From Patescibacteria group bacterium (GTDB taxonomy: Bacteria > Patescibacteriota > Microgenomatia > UBA1400 > PJMF01), in assembly GCA_016861205.1 (NCBI GenBank), contig BOKX01000001.1:456539-520538 (forward strand): a DNA stretch of 64,000 nucleotides, given 5' to 3'. The position numbers and the translations under genes were made by a program. The notes under the pieces are model-generated. The model had not been told where the DNA came from and searched no databases. It was given only the letters and a program-made list of their open reading frames with translations. Below are positions 1-8,529 of the stretch, piece by piece; within the stretch, counting starts at the first letter, position 1; each line of letters starts with the position of its first letter.

Positions 1-8
1 GAGTCGCG

Positions 9-227
9 GTGATGTTTTCCGGCCAACCAGCTGTTCATATAGTAGTTGACGCCAACCCATATGACTTGGCGCCGGCCGCCCTGCTGTATCAGCAAGCGGG
101 TTGGGCTGTGTTCAACCAGCACGGCAAACCGTGGCGCGTCACCGACCGAGACTTGATCGTCTGCCACCCAGACCAAGTCACTGAGTTTCACAAGTTAGTA
201 GCAACTAGCTCCACCATCATGGTGTAA
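9..227 (+). CDS. hypothetical small protein; may be the C-terminal part of a gene starting upstream of the window
   Basis: 72-aa ORF at the window edge with no recognisable motif; codon usage and GC resemble the neighbouring genes. Confidence 0.25.
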   Translation: MMFSGQPAVHIVVDANPYDLAPAALLYQQAGWAVFNQHGKPWRVTDRDLIVCHPDQVTEFHKLVATSSTIMV

Positions 228-235
228 AGGGAATC

Positions 236-769
236 ATGAAGTATATCGCCCTGCTGCGAGGCATCAACGTCGGTGGCAACAGCCTAGTTAGCATGAAACA
301 GCTGAAAGAGCTGTTCGAAACGCTGGGCTTGGAAGCAGTCCGCACCTACATCAACTCCGGCAACGTCCTGTTTGAGTCGAAACTGACCGCCGCCAAGCTC
401 AGCCCAAAAATCGAGGCCGCCATCGAGCACGAGTTCAAGTTCCCGGTCTCTGTGTTGGTCAAAAGCCAGCCCGAGATCGAGGCAATTGCCAAGGTCATTC
501 CCGACAACTGGCAGAATAACACCGAGATGAAAACCGACGTCATGTTCTTGTGGGCTGATGTTGATGATCGCTCAACGCTCAAACAGTTGCAGATCAAACC
601 TGAGCTCGACCACGTGACGTATGTGAAAGGGGCCATCATTTGGCACGTGCTGCGCAAACACGTCTCCCGTAGCGGGCTGCTCAAAATCGTCGGCACGCCG
701 CTCTACAAAAAAATGACCATCCGCAACGTCAACACCTTCCGGAAACTGCAAAAAATGTTGGCGGAGTGA
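236..769 (+). CDS. DUF1697 family protein
   Basis: The N-terminal MKYIALLRGINVGG...TYINSGNVLFES matches the DUF1697 signature (LLRGINVGG...SGNV.F), and the length of about 177 aa is typical. The stop codon TGA overlaps the next gene's GTG start (GTGA). Confidence 0.6.
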   Translation: MKYIALLRGINVGGNSLVSMKQLKELFETLGLEAVRTYINSGNVLFESKLTAAKLSPKIEAAIEHEFKFPVSVLVKSQPEIEAIAKVIPDNWQNNTEMKTDVMFLWADVDDRSTLKQLQIKPELDHVTYVKGAIIWHVLRKHVSRSGLLKIVGTPLYKKMTIRNVNTFRKLQKMLAE

Positions 770-1404
770 GCGGTGGTACAATCGCGGCAGTACTTCACTT
801 GCAAGAATGTATGACAGAACAGAGACGAGACCGAAATATCAGAGAAATTGTTTCAGATTTGTATCTGCGCTCACACATGCCGGCCGCCTTATGGATGTGG
901 GAACATCATGTCCTGGTTGTTGCTGACAAAGCCTTGGAAATTGCCACGCATGAATTGGCTAACATAGAAAAATCTGTGTCTGCTGCGCTTCTTCATGATA
1001 TTGCTGACACTCAGGTGCTCAGGAATGACGTGACACACGAGCAAAAATCACAGGCACTTGCTAAAAACATTTTGGTACGTGGTGGCTTTACAGAGACAGA
1101 AGCTGAAGAGATTGTCACCACAATTATTGCCCCGCACTCGTGTTACCCTGAGAACATGCCGCAAACATTAGAGGCAAAAGTGGTCGCCACAGCTGATGCC
1201 TTTGGACATTTGGGCACGGATTTCTACTCACAAGTTAATCCCGAAAAACTCAGCCAATTTGGACTCAACATGAGTCAGGAACAGTATCGGCAATGGGTAC
1301 TCAAAAAAATTGAGAGAGACTTCAAGAACAAGATCTTTTTCGAAAAGATTAAAAGTGAGCTTCAACCCAGTTATGACGCAATTAAAGCTCGGTTTAACGA
1401 GTGA
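766..1404 (+). CDS. HD-domain phosphohydrolase
   Basis: H...LLHDIAD motif (the HD metal-binding dyad) within a 212-aa soluble protein. A GTG start overlaps the previous stop by 4 nt, and an ATG at 823 is an alternative start. Confidence 0.55.
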   Translation: MSGGTIAAVLHLQECMTEQRRDRNIREIVSDLYLRSHMPAALWMWEHHVLVVADKALEIATHELANIEKSVSAALLHDIADTQVLRNDVTHEQKSQALAKNILVRGGFTETEAEEIVTTIIAPHSCYPENMPQTLEAKVVATADAFGHLGTDFYSQVNPEKLSQFGLNMSQEQYRQWVLKKIERDFKNKIFFEKIKSELQPSYDAIKARFNE

Positions 1405-1474
1405 CCCCATCCGGATTCGAACCGGAGTTACAGGGATGAGAACCCTGTGTCCTAGGCCTCTAGACGATGGGGCC
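1402..1474 (-). tRNA. tRNA-Glu (anticodon CTC)
   Basis: Reverse complement folds as a 73-nt cloverleaf. Acceptor stem is GGCCCCA/TGGGGTC. D-arm is TCGTCTAGAGGCCTAGGACA. Anticodon stem is CAGGG/CCCTG with loop TTCTCAT. T-arm is TCCGG-TTCGAAT-CCGGA. Discriminator is A, and no CCA is encoded. Confidence 0.85.
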
Positions 1475-1658
1475 GCCAGGGTTAGAATTATACCATGAGT
1501 TGGCGCTCAATGGCTCGTGGTATTACGAGGCAAGCTTGCATGAGCCGGTGTATGGAGATGCCTTTTTAGCACCCGAGAACACCTGCCAAGTGAGCACTTG
1601 TATTCCCCCTAGGCACCACTCTATACTGTACCTACTACCGCTATACATGGAGGCAGAC

Positions 1659-2147
1659 ATGCAAAAAATCGTAGACATGATGATGGACAAAAAAGCCGTC
1701 GATTTTGTGGCCAAAGTTGAAGATCTCTTTAAGAGTCTCCCTCACTTGCCAGCTGGCATTGTGGAGTTCTTTGTGAAGATTGCACCTTGGTTGGCATTGA
1801 TCGGCGCGGTGCTCAGTTTACTGGCTGGACCAATCTTGGGCCTGCTCAGTGTCTTCTCACTCTTGACGCTCAACCCACTGATCGTCCTGTCAGTCTTGCT
1901 GGCCGCTGTGATTAGTATCGTTACCGCCGTCATGCTGTTCATGGCCTTCAACCCGCTCAAGAATCGCGAGTACAAGGGCTGGTTGCTGATCTTCTGGAGT
2001 GACGTGCTGAGCGCGATCATGATGATCTTCGACGTCATCGTCAACCGTGGCGCTGGCTTAGGCAGCATCGTGTTCACGCTGATTGGGTTCTACATCTTGT
2101 TTGAGATGAAACCTGCTTACAGCAGCAAAAAAGGCCTTAAAGGCTAG
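1659..2147 (+). CDS. small multi-pass membrane protein, function unknown
   Basis: GGAGG lies 5 nt upstream of the ATG at 1659. The product has about 4 hydrophobic helices (IAPWLALIGAVLSLLAGPILGLL...). The longer ORF beginning at 1467 would overlap tRNA-Glu, so the internal start is preferred. Confidence 0.5.
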   Translation: MQKIVDMMMDKKAVDFVAKVEDLFKSLPHLPAGIVEFFVKIAPWLALIGAVLSLLAGPILGLLSVFSLLTLNPLIVLSVLLAAVISIVTAVMLFMAFNPLKNREYKGWLLIFWSDVLSAIMMIFDVIVNRGAGLGSIVFTLIGFYILFEMKPAYSSKKGLKG

Positions 2148-2745
2148 GCTGGGCTCGAACAGCCAGCCACTCTGGTTTCGTTAATGGATGTTGGGTCATG
2201 AGCACCACCGATTCGTCGAGGGTGCTCAACCAACCTGGCACCGCCTCTGCGGCTAATGTTCGCACTTCAATCACCTGATAGCTGTACCAAGCGTTGTTGC
2301 TCCCAAGCAAGCTCAAGGTCTCACCTGGCCGCACTAGATCAAGGTTGCCAAATTGGTGTGGCGTCGCCATCCCTACAATCACCACCGGTCGTGGCTCACC
2401 CAAGTGAGCTGAGCCTTGCCAATACTGCAAGGTAGGTGTTTGTTCCCACCAGGCTGGAAAAAGGCTGGCCGTCTCAGCCAACCACCAACTTTGACTCAGG
2501 CTGTCAACCATGACTTGTTTTGGCACCACATCAGTCACGAACGGTGACTCGGGCAAAGTAGCCTGAACACGACTAGGCGCTGCAAAGACTGTGATTCCCA
2601 GACCAACTCCCAAGCCCAAACCCATGGCAGCAGACCAGACCCAGCGAGCAGCTAACCGCCACTCTGGCAGCTCCAACTTACCGACCAACTTCCACCGACC
2701 ACGGCGGCCGGGGGATTTGAAGACTTTAATTTTTGAATCAATCAC
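2137..2745 (-). CDS. sortase-fold membrane-anchored protein that lacks the canonical catalytic Cys
   Basis: N-terminal TM anchor. The body aligns by eye to the sortase core: AHLGEP / FGNLDLVRPGETLSL / YSYQVIEV / VVLMTQHP / LAVRA compared with GHLPGT / FxDLDxLKxGDxIYV / LxYxV / LTLITC / LLVRG. The position of the TLxTC cysteine reads TQ. Confidence 0.4.
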   Translation of the reverse strand: MIDSKIKVFKSPGRRGRWKLVGKLELPEWRLAARWVWSAAMGLGLGVGLGITVFAAPSRVQATLPESPFVTDVVPKQVMVDSLSQSWWLAETASLFPAWWEQTPTLQYWQGSAHLGEPRPVVIVGMATPHQFGNLDLVRPGETLSLLGSNNAWYSYQVIEVRTLAAEAVPGWLSTLDESVVLMTQHPLTKPEWLAVRAQPSL

Positions 2746-2783
2746 GAGCTTATTATATCAATTTAGGTCGTCTATAATGGGGT

Positions 2784-3908
2784 ATGGCACGATTTCGCTG
2801 GTTACTACCTGTCCTGTTAACCGCATTGGTTACCATCCCCGCCACGACTTGGCTGACGTTGAATTGGTCAACGCTGACTAGCTCCAGTGACGGCTTGATC
2901 TCCCCACTAACCCCTCGGACTGAAGTTCCCAAGCCCCTCAACGCCTACCGCATCTCCACCTTGGCTGACCGGCAGTACGCTGGCCAACCGATCAAGTTGG
3001 TAGAACTGCAGAGCGAAACCCCAGAAGTCAAAACCTACGTCTACACGATGAGCACGCTGGGCAAAACTATGTCCGGCCAGCTCAACATTCCGGTCAGTGT
3101 CCTTGAAAGCACCGAGCCAACTCCAGCTATCCTGATGCTGCGTGGATATGTGCCTCCGGAAATCTTTAAAACGGGCGTCGGCACCAAAAATGCTGCCGCG
3201 GCCCTCGCTCAAGCTGGCTACATTACGGTCGCCCCAGACTTTTTTGGCTATGGCCTGAGTGACCCCGAACCAGCCGACAGCTGGCAAGCTAGATTTGAGA
3301 AGCCGATTATCGCGGCTGAGCATCTCGCCAGCCTCACAACCTACGGTATTCCCGTTGATCTGACCTCAGCCCAGCGACATGACATCTCGGCCTTAGGTAT
3401 CTGGGCACATAGCAACGGTGGCCAGATTGCGCTCACCACCCTCGAGATCCTGGGCCAACCCATCCCCACCACACTCTGGGCACCGGTCACAGTCCCATTT
3501 CCCTACTCGATCTTGTTCTTCAGCGACGAAAACGATGACGAAGGCAAAGCCATGCGGCTCTGGGTCAGTCAGTTTGAAGCTGACTACGACGTGTTCGCGT
3601 TCAGTTTGACCAAACACCTCGATCGCCTCACAGGCCCCATCCAACTCCACCACGGCACCGCTGATGAAGCTGCTCTCAAGGTCTGGAGTGATGAGTTTGC
3701 AGCCAAAGTGGCAGCTGAAAATGACCGCCGCCAAGAAGTTATCAAGGATCAAGCCACCGCTACCGACGCCGCCACGGTGACTGCTACACCTTTACCAAAG
3801 ATTGATCTCAAGTACTTCACCTACCCCGGCGCAGATCACAACCTGCAACCCAGTTGGAACACGGCTATGCAACGAGACGTGAGTTTCTTTGACCAACACT
3901 TGCAGTAG
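2784..3908 (+). CDS. secreted alpha/beta-hydrolase (S9 peptidase / dienelactone-hydrolase-like)
   Basis: N-terminal signal or anchor (MARFRWLLPVLLTALVTIPA). The nucleophile elbow is GIWAHSNGGQIA (GxSxG-like), and a C-terminal HHGTADE motif is typical of S9/DLH-fold hydrolases. Confidence 0.55.
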   Translation: MARFRWLLPVLLTALVTIPATTWLTLNWSTLTSSSDGLISPLTPRTEVPKPLNAYRISTLADRQYAGQPIKLVELQSETPEVKTYVYTMSTLGKTMSGQLNIPVSVLESTEPTPAILMLRGYVPPEIFKTGVGTKNAAAALAQAGYITVAPDFFGYGLSDPEPADSWQARFEKPIIAAEHLASLTTYGIPVDLTSAQRHDISALGIWAHSNGGQIALTTLEILGQPIPTTLWAPVTVPFPYSILFFSDENDDEGKAMRLWVSQFEADYDVFAFSLTKHLDRLTGPIQLHHGTADEAALKVWSDEFAAKVAAENDRRQEVIKDQATATDAATVTATPLPKIDLKYFTYPGADHNLQPSWNTAMQRDVSFFDQHLQ

Positions 3909-3942
3909 GCCCAACAACTACTCACAGCAAGCTAGGCGAGCG

Positions 3943-5265
3943 CTACGTTACTATCGACCAGTCAGTCAATTTGTAGCCGCGGGAAATGATAGTCACAACT
4001 TGATATGGGTATCGCTCGGTGCCAAGTTTGTTCCGCAGCCGTGCCACCAACCGATCGAGTGCCCAGTCGGTCACGCCCAGCTCAACCTGATCAGGCCAGA
4101 CGGCCTCGATGATCTCGTCGCGTTCCACCACTTCATTAAATCGTGAGTTCAACAGATCAAACAGCAGTTGCTCTTTGCGCGTCAAATCTTTGACCGGCCC
4201 GTGCGCCGTTTGCGTCACAAACGGTCCTACTGCCTCGGCAAACAGTGGGCTAAAAAAACGCTGCTCGCTAGTCACCAAGCCAGTTGCCAATAAGTAATCG
4301 GGAATCTCGGTCAGCTTTTTGTGGTGGTGCAGATGCGCCACGGCTTGTCGCTCTACCGGTGTCAAACTAGTCAAAATTTCTTCTGACAACAACTTAATCT
4401 CGTCGTCACTCGCTAACACTTTGCGCAAATCTGGTTCGTTATCTGGAATTTTTTCAAGACTCTTCAGCTTCAACAAACTTAAGTGCAAGTACTGGGCGTG
4501 GCCACCACAAAGCTTAATGACTAGTTGACTGACTTTGGGCGTTAACTTAAGTTCGTACCGCTCACTAAAGGTCTGCAACATCATCTGCACGTCGGCGTCT
4601 TTGGCTGGCAGCAGGTACATGTCTCGGGCAAACACTGATAGTGCTGACTTGGTGAAAACATCCGGTGATAACTCGTAGAGTGGTCGGAAACTGGTGAAAA
4701 TGTAGGCCACCGCTGGGCCACCCGTGTCCTTGATAACCTGCAAGTTAGCAAATAGTTCAGGCGTCAAACCTTTACTGAGCCGATCAAATCGCATGAAAAC
4801 CAAGACCAGGAACAAGCCTTCAGCAGCCACCATGGTCACCAACTTCTGGACACAATCAAGCGTAAAGAACGTGTCACTGAGCTGAATGCTGTCCGCGAAT
4901 AACCGCTCCGCTTTCTGCTTCACGGCCGGTGAAACCTGGCTGGCTTCGACACTGTCTACCAGTCGTTTGAGGGTTAAGGTCCAAAATGCATGGAGTGACA
5001 ACTCCACTAAGTTGTTCAAATCAACCTGGACCCACAGCAGTGGCCCATTCTTAATGTAGGTGTCTGGCACCTCTGGCTGACTCATGAAAAAACGGAGGAA
5101 GTTGCTGATACCCACCCGCTTCATCCCGAGCAGCACCACGGAGTGGTGATGTCGCAAGTGATCGCCCAGTTCTTTGGCAGCCTTGGCCCGAAACTCGATC
5201 GGGTAGCTCGCTTCGCTGTGGCTCAGCATGGTCAGGATTGTACGGCGAAACGCCTCACAACTCAA
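3943..5265 (-). CDS. transcriptional regulator with a C-terminal OmpR/PhoB-type winged-helix DNA-binding domain and a large N-terminal, possibly degenerate ATPase-like domain
   Basis: The C-terminus LLFDLLNSRFNEVVERDEIIEAVWPDQVELGVTDWALDRLVARLRNKLGTE...VVTIISRGYKL matches the trans_reg_C consensus. The N-terminal about 330 aa contain a P-loop-like LLGMKRVGIS and an hhhhDR segment (LVLVFMRFDRL), both weak. Confidence 0.5.
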   Translation of the reverse strand: MSCEAFRRTILTMLSHSEASYPIEFRAKAAKELGDHLRHHHSVVLLGMKRVGISNFLRFFMSQPEVPDTYIKNGPLLWVQVDLNNLVELSLHAFWTLTLKRLVDSVEASQVSPAVKQKAERLFADSIQLSDTFFTLDCVQKLVTMVAAEGLFLVLVFMRFDRLSKGLTPELFANLQVIKDTGGPAVAYIFTSFRPLYELSPDVFTKSALSVFARDMYLLPAKDADVQMMLQTFSERYELKLTPKVSQLVIKLCGGHAQYLHLSLLKLKSLEKIPDNEPDLRKVLASDDEIKLLSEEILTSLTPVERQAVAHLHHHKKLTEIPDYLLATGLVTSEQRFFSPLFAEAVGPFVTQTAHGPVKDLTRKEQLLFDLLNSRFNEVVERDEIIEAVWPDQVELGVTDWALDRLVARLRNKLGTERYPYQVVTIISRGYKLTDWSIVT

Positions 5266-5305
5266 GACGCCAGGCTTGTCAGGTCGGTGTCAGGTGGTGG
5301 TCGGG

Positions 5306-6427
5306 CTAGCTTGGTTTGGCAGTCCCAGCCTCAAGCAGTGAACCACGTCGGTAACCCTCGATCTTCTCGATCTTGCGCTCCATCTGGCGGACACGGGTGC
5401 CGGTAATGTCCTCGTAATCACTTTGCAGGGTTTGCAGACTTTTGCCGTACTTGGAAAACTTATCCTTAAACTTCTGCCACTCACCGACAAACTCATCGAC
5501 ATAGGTAATGACCTCTTTGAGTTTGTCACCGATCATGAAGTTGCGGTAACTCTCCATCACTGTCCGGGCTACGATCAAAAAGGTAAACGGCGACACGATC
5601 AAAACTCGCTTGGCAATGGCTTCATCAACTAATTCTGGGAAGCGTTGATTAATAAACGAGAACACCATCTCATTGGGCACAAACAAAATGGCGTAGTCGA
5701 GCGTTTGCTGGGCCGGATCGATGTAACCAGCCACTTTGGTAATTTTGGTTTTAAGGTCCAGTGAAAACTGTTTCACAAAGGCTTCTTTTTCTGCCTTGGT
5801 GGCGGCGTTCGCCATCTTCTGAATAGCAGCATACGGGAACTTAACATCTACCGGGACGTTGCGCTGATTGGGCAGTAACAGCGTGATGTCTGGCCGCAAA
5901 CCACCGGTTAGTTGTTGGGTTTGTCGAACGTAGTGGACGCCTTCCATCAGACCATTGGCTTGCAAGAGATCTTCGATAATTCGCTCGCCCCACTCCCCGC
6001 GCTGCTGGTTATTGGACAAGACACTTGAGAGCTGTCGTGTGGAAATATTGAGCTCCTCTGTCAGCTTGCGATGCTCACCCAGTTGCCCAACTAACTCGGT
6101 AAACTTCTTGGTGCGATCTTGCTCTAAGAGACGAATTTCGTCTTGGCGAGTTTTGACATCGTCCTTGAGTTCCTTGACGAGCCGCTCCAGCATCTTTTGC
6201 TTGTTGTCCAGATCAATGCGGATTGCATCTTTTTCACTACCCAAAATCTGCTTGCTTTGCTCGGCAATTTTTTGTGCACTCAAACCAAAAGCTTGGTTCA
6301 CCATCGCCTCGAGATTTTGGGGGTTCTGAGCTTTGTGTAAGGCTTGATAGATCAAGATATACAAGCCCACAAATCCCAAAATTAAGGTAATAACCAGCGC
6401 TAAACCGATAAAGACTGCAAAAGACAT
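5306..6427 (-). CDS. rmuC: DNA recombination protein RmuC
   Basis: N-terminal TM helix, a long coiled coil, and the RmuC signature GEWGERIIEDLL...VDVKFPY...ILFVPNE. The start was chosen at the Met just before the TM (MSFAVFIG); an upstream in-frame start at 6478 or 6502 is possible. Confidence 0.8.
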   Translation of the reverse strand: MSFAVFIGLALVITLILGFVGLYILIYQALHKAQNPQNLEAMVNQAFGLSAQKIAEQSKQILGSEKDAIRIDLDNKQKMLERLVKELKDDVKTRQDEIRLLEQDRTKKFTELVGQLGEHRKLTEELNISTRQLSSVLSNNQQRGEWGERIIEDLLQANGLMEGVHYVRQTQQLTGGLRPDITLLLPNQRNVPVDVKFPYAAIQKMANAATKAEKEAFVKQFSLDLKTKITKVAGYIDPAQQTLDYAILFVPNEMVFSFINQRFPELVDEAIAKRVLIVSPFTFLIVARTVMESYRNFMIGDKLKEVITYVDEFVGEWQKFKDKFSKYGKSLQTLQSDYEDITGTRVRQMERKIEKIEGYRRGSLLEAGTAKPS

Positions 6428-6476
6428 AGCAGACCAGAGTATACTGGAAATACACCTAGCTTGTACACGTTGAATC

Positions 6477-6992
6477 ATGTCCGAATCATCACCGCCCACC
6501 AAAGCTCGCTCCCGGCTCCGACCCGATTTCCAACTGCCGAGTTTTCAGCCTGCAGCTCAGCACCAGACTTCGATAGGCCAAACCGCAACGACCACTTCGC
6601 ATCGACATTCACAGACACAAAAGCGGCACTGGCAACCCAATTGGTTGGCGCTCGCTATCAGCGTACCTGGTTGGTTTGGCGTAGGCTGGATCATGACGCA
6701 AGTCGCACCCGACACCATCCGCAACTGGCTCATTCCCGATAGTTATGTACCACTGCTACTTTGCTGGGGGTGGGGTTGGTGGTGGTTGTTTTCGGGCATA
6801 ATCAAAGTTCGCCATACCGCCACTTGGCTGACTGTAACACTCCAAGCTTTACTCTGGCTCAAGCTTCATCAGGTACAACTGACGGTGTGGGTGTGGTTGG
6901 GGCTGGCCGGGCTGGGCGTGTTCGCCGAAGTTTTGTGGCACGTCACGCACTTCCGACGTCAAAAACCGCCGGCCGAGCTACCTACCAAGTAG
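6477..6992 (+). CDS. hypothetical Trp-rich membrane protein
   Basis: 171-aa ORF filling an otherwise empty 550-bp gap. It has three hydrophobic segments, including CWGWGWWWLFSGII, and no homology is recognised. The alternative frame 6461..6742 cannot be excluded. Confidence 0.3.
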   Translation: MSESSPPTKARSRLRPDFQLPSFQPAAQHQTSIGQTATTTSHRHSQTQKRHWQPNWLALAISVPGWFGVGWIMTQVAPDTIRNWLIPDSYVPLLLCWGWGWWWLFSGIIKVRHTATWLTVTLQALLWLKLHQVQLTVWVWLGLAGLGVFAEVLWHVTHFRRQKPPAELPTK

Positions 6993-7052
6993 GGCCGTCC
7001 CTGACAATTTTGTCTGGCACGAACCACCTAGTTCCAGGTATAATCACCCCGA

Positions 7053-8522
7053 ATGAAACCAACCTACTTTTTAAGCACCGCTATTCCTTACATCAACGCC
7101 AAGCCACACTTGGGACACGTGTTGGAGTGGATGCAAGCCGATGCTATGGCTCGCTACCAACGCCTCCTCGGCAAAGACGTGGTGTTCGTGTCTGGCTCTG
7201 ATGAAAATAGTTTGAAAAACGTCCGGGCCGCTGAAAAAGCCGGTGTTGATACCCAAGCTTGGCTTGATGAGTACGCAGCCGAGTTCAAAGCCGCCTACGC
7301 TGAGTTCGGGATTGAACTAGATGCCTTCCGACGCAGCAGTGACCAAACCCACCACTGGCCTGGCGTTCAAGAGCTGTGGCGACGGTGTGATGCCAGCGGG
7401 GCTATTTACAAAAAAACCTACCAAGGCTTGTACTGTGTGGGGTGCGAAGCTTTCTACACCCCTGACGAGCTCGTCGATGGTAAGTGTCCCGAACATCTGG
7501 TGGAGCCAGAAGTAGTGGAAGAGGAAAACTACTTTTTCAAGCTCTCAGCCTACCAAGACCAGATCAAAAGCCTGATTGAATCAAATGAACTGCGCATCAT
7601 TTCGGATCAGTTCCGACAAGAAATGTTGGGCTTTATCGACCAAGGACTCCAAGACTTTAGTATCTCCCGCTCTCAAGACCGCGCTCGGGGAGTTGGTGTC
7701 CCTGTCCCCAATGATGAAACCCAAGTCATGTACGTCTGGTTCGACGCCCTCGCTGTCTATATGACCTCGATCGGCTGGAACTTTGATGAAGCGAACTGGG
7801 GCCGCTACTGGCACCCAATCACCTCTGGTGCTGACCAAGACGAGATCGTGCATGTGATCGGCAAAGGCATCAATCGTTTCCATTCGGTGTACTGGATTGG
7901 CATGTTGTTGGCCGCCGGTTTACCAACCCCGACAACAGTCTCTGTCCATGGCTACATCACCGCCAACGGCCAAAAGATGAGCAAGAGTTTGGGCAACGTC
8001 ATTGACCCCTTTGAACTGGTGGCTCAGTACGGTCTGGAACCTGTACGTTACTATTTGCTCAAAGAAATCCCCACCCACAGTGATGGTGACTTTAACTATG
8101 ACAAGTTTGGCGAAGTCTACACCGCTGACTTGGCAAATGGCCTCGGCAACCTCTGTTCACGCGTCGCTAAACTGGCTGAAAAAGCTGGTGGCAACTGGGC
8201 GGCTTCACCCCAACTTGAGTTTGGGGCGGCTTTCAAAGACCAGCTGGCCGCTTGGCAACTCGACCACGCACTCAAATGGATCGTGGAACAGATCAGTCAA
8301 ACCGACCAGTTCTTGAGTGAAACGAAACCTTGGACCCAAACTGGTGAGGCTCAACGACAAACGTTGCAAACTGCCATTGACCGCATTCGAGTCATCGCGT
8401 TTCACCTGCAACCATTCCTGCCAGCCACTGCCGAAACCATCCTGCAGCACTTCGCTGGCCCCGAGTTACACGCGCTAACCCCACTCTTCCCGCGGTTAGC
8501 TGACCCAAAAGTCTCGAAGTAG
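7053..8522 (+). CDS. metG: methionyl-tRNA synthetase (short form, no C-terminal tRNA-binding extension)
   Basis: Class I HIGH-type motif region (PYINAKPHLGHVLE), a CxxC...CP zinc knuckle, and the KMSKS motif (GQKMSKSLGNV). TATAAT lies 8 nt upstream of the ATG. Confidence 0.92.
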   Translation: MKPTYFLSTAIPYINAKPHLGHVLEWMQADAMARYQRLLGKDVVFVSGSDENSLKNVRAAEKAGVDTQAWLDEYAAEFKAAYAEFGIELDAFRRSSDQTHHWPGVQELWRRCDASGAIYKKTYQGLYCVGCEAFYTPDELVDGKCPEHLVEPEVVEEENYFFKLSAYQDQIKSLIESNELRIISDQFRQEMLGFIDQGLQDFSISRSQDRARGVGVPVPNDETQVMYVWFDALAVYMTSIGWNFDEANWGRYWHPITSGADQDEIVHVIGKGINRFHSVYWIGMLLAAGLPTPTTVSVHGYITANGQKMSKSLGNVIDPFELVAQYGLEPVRYYLLKEIPTHSDGDFNYDKFGEVYTADLANGLGNLCSRVAKLAEKAGGNWAASPQLEFGAAFKDQLAAWQLDHALKWIVEQISQTDQFLSETKPWTQTGEAQRQTLQTAIDRIRVIAFHLQPFLPATAETILQHFAGPELHALTPLFPRLADPKVSK

Positions 8523-8529
8523 GTTACTC

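Noticed and set aside
346-781. Antisense ORFs 346..696(-) and 572..781(-) inside the DUF1697 gene, and many similar 60-150-aa ORFs embedded antisense or out of frame in long genes (for example 2907..3323, 3393..3752, 7581..7883, 8563..8943, 17189..17374, 21365..21559, 32927..33385, 53834..54295)
   Set aside because: They are fully contained within longer ORFs that have clear family signatures, they have no independent start or RBS signals, and their compositions are typical of antisense read-through. They are treated as spurious.
1228-1498. ORFs 1228..1410(-) and 1310..1498(+) overlapping the tRNA-Glu locus
   Set aside because: They overlap a well-folded tRNA and the 3' end of the HD-domain gene, and are most likely chance ORFs.
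6461-6742. Alternative ORF 6461..6742(+) in the rmuC-metG gap
   Set aside because: It overlaps the longer 6477..6992 ORF in another frame and has a Pro/Arg/Ser-rich low-complexity translation. The 6477 frame, which has TM-like segments, is slightly preferred, but neither is certain.
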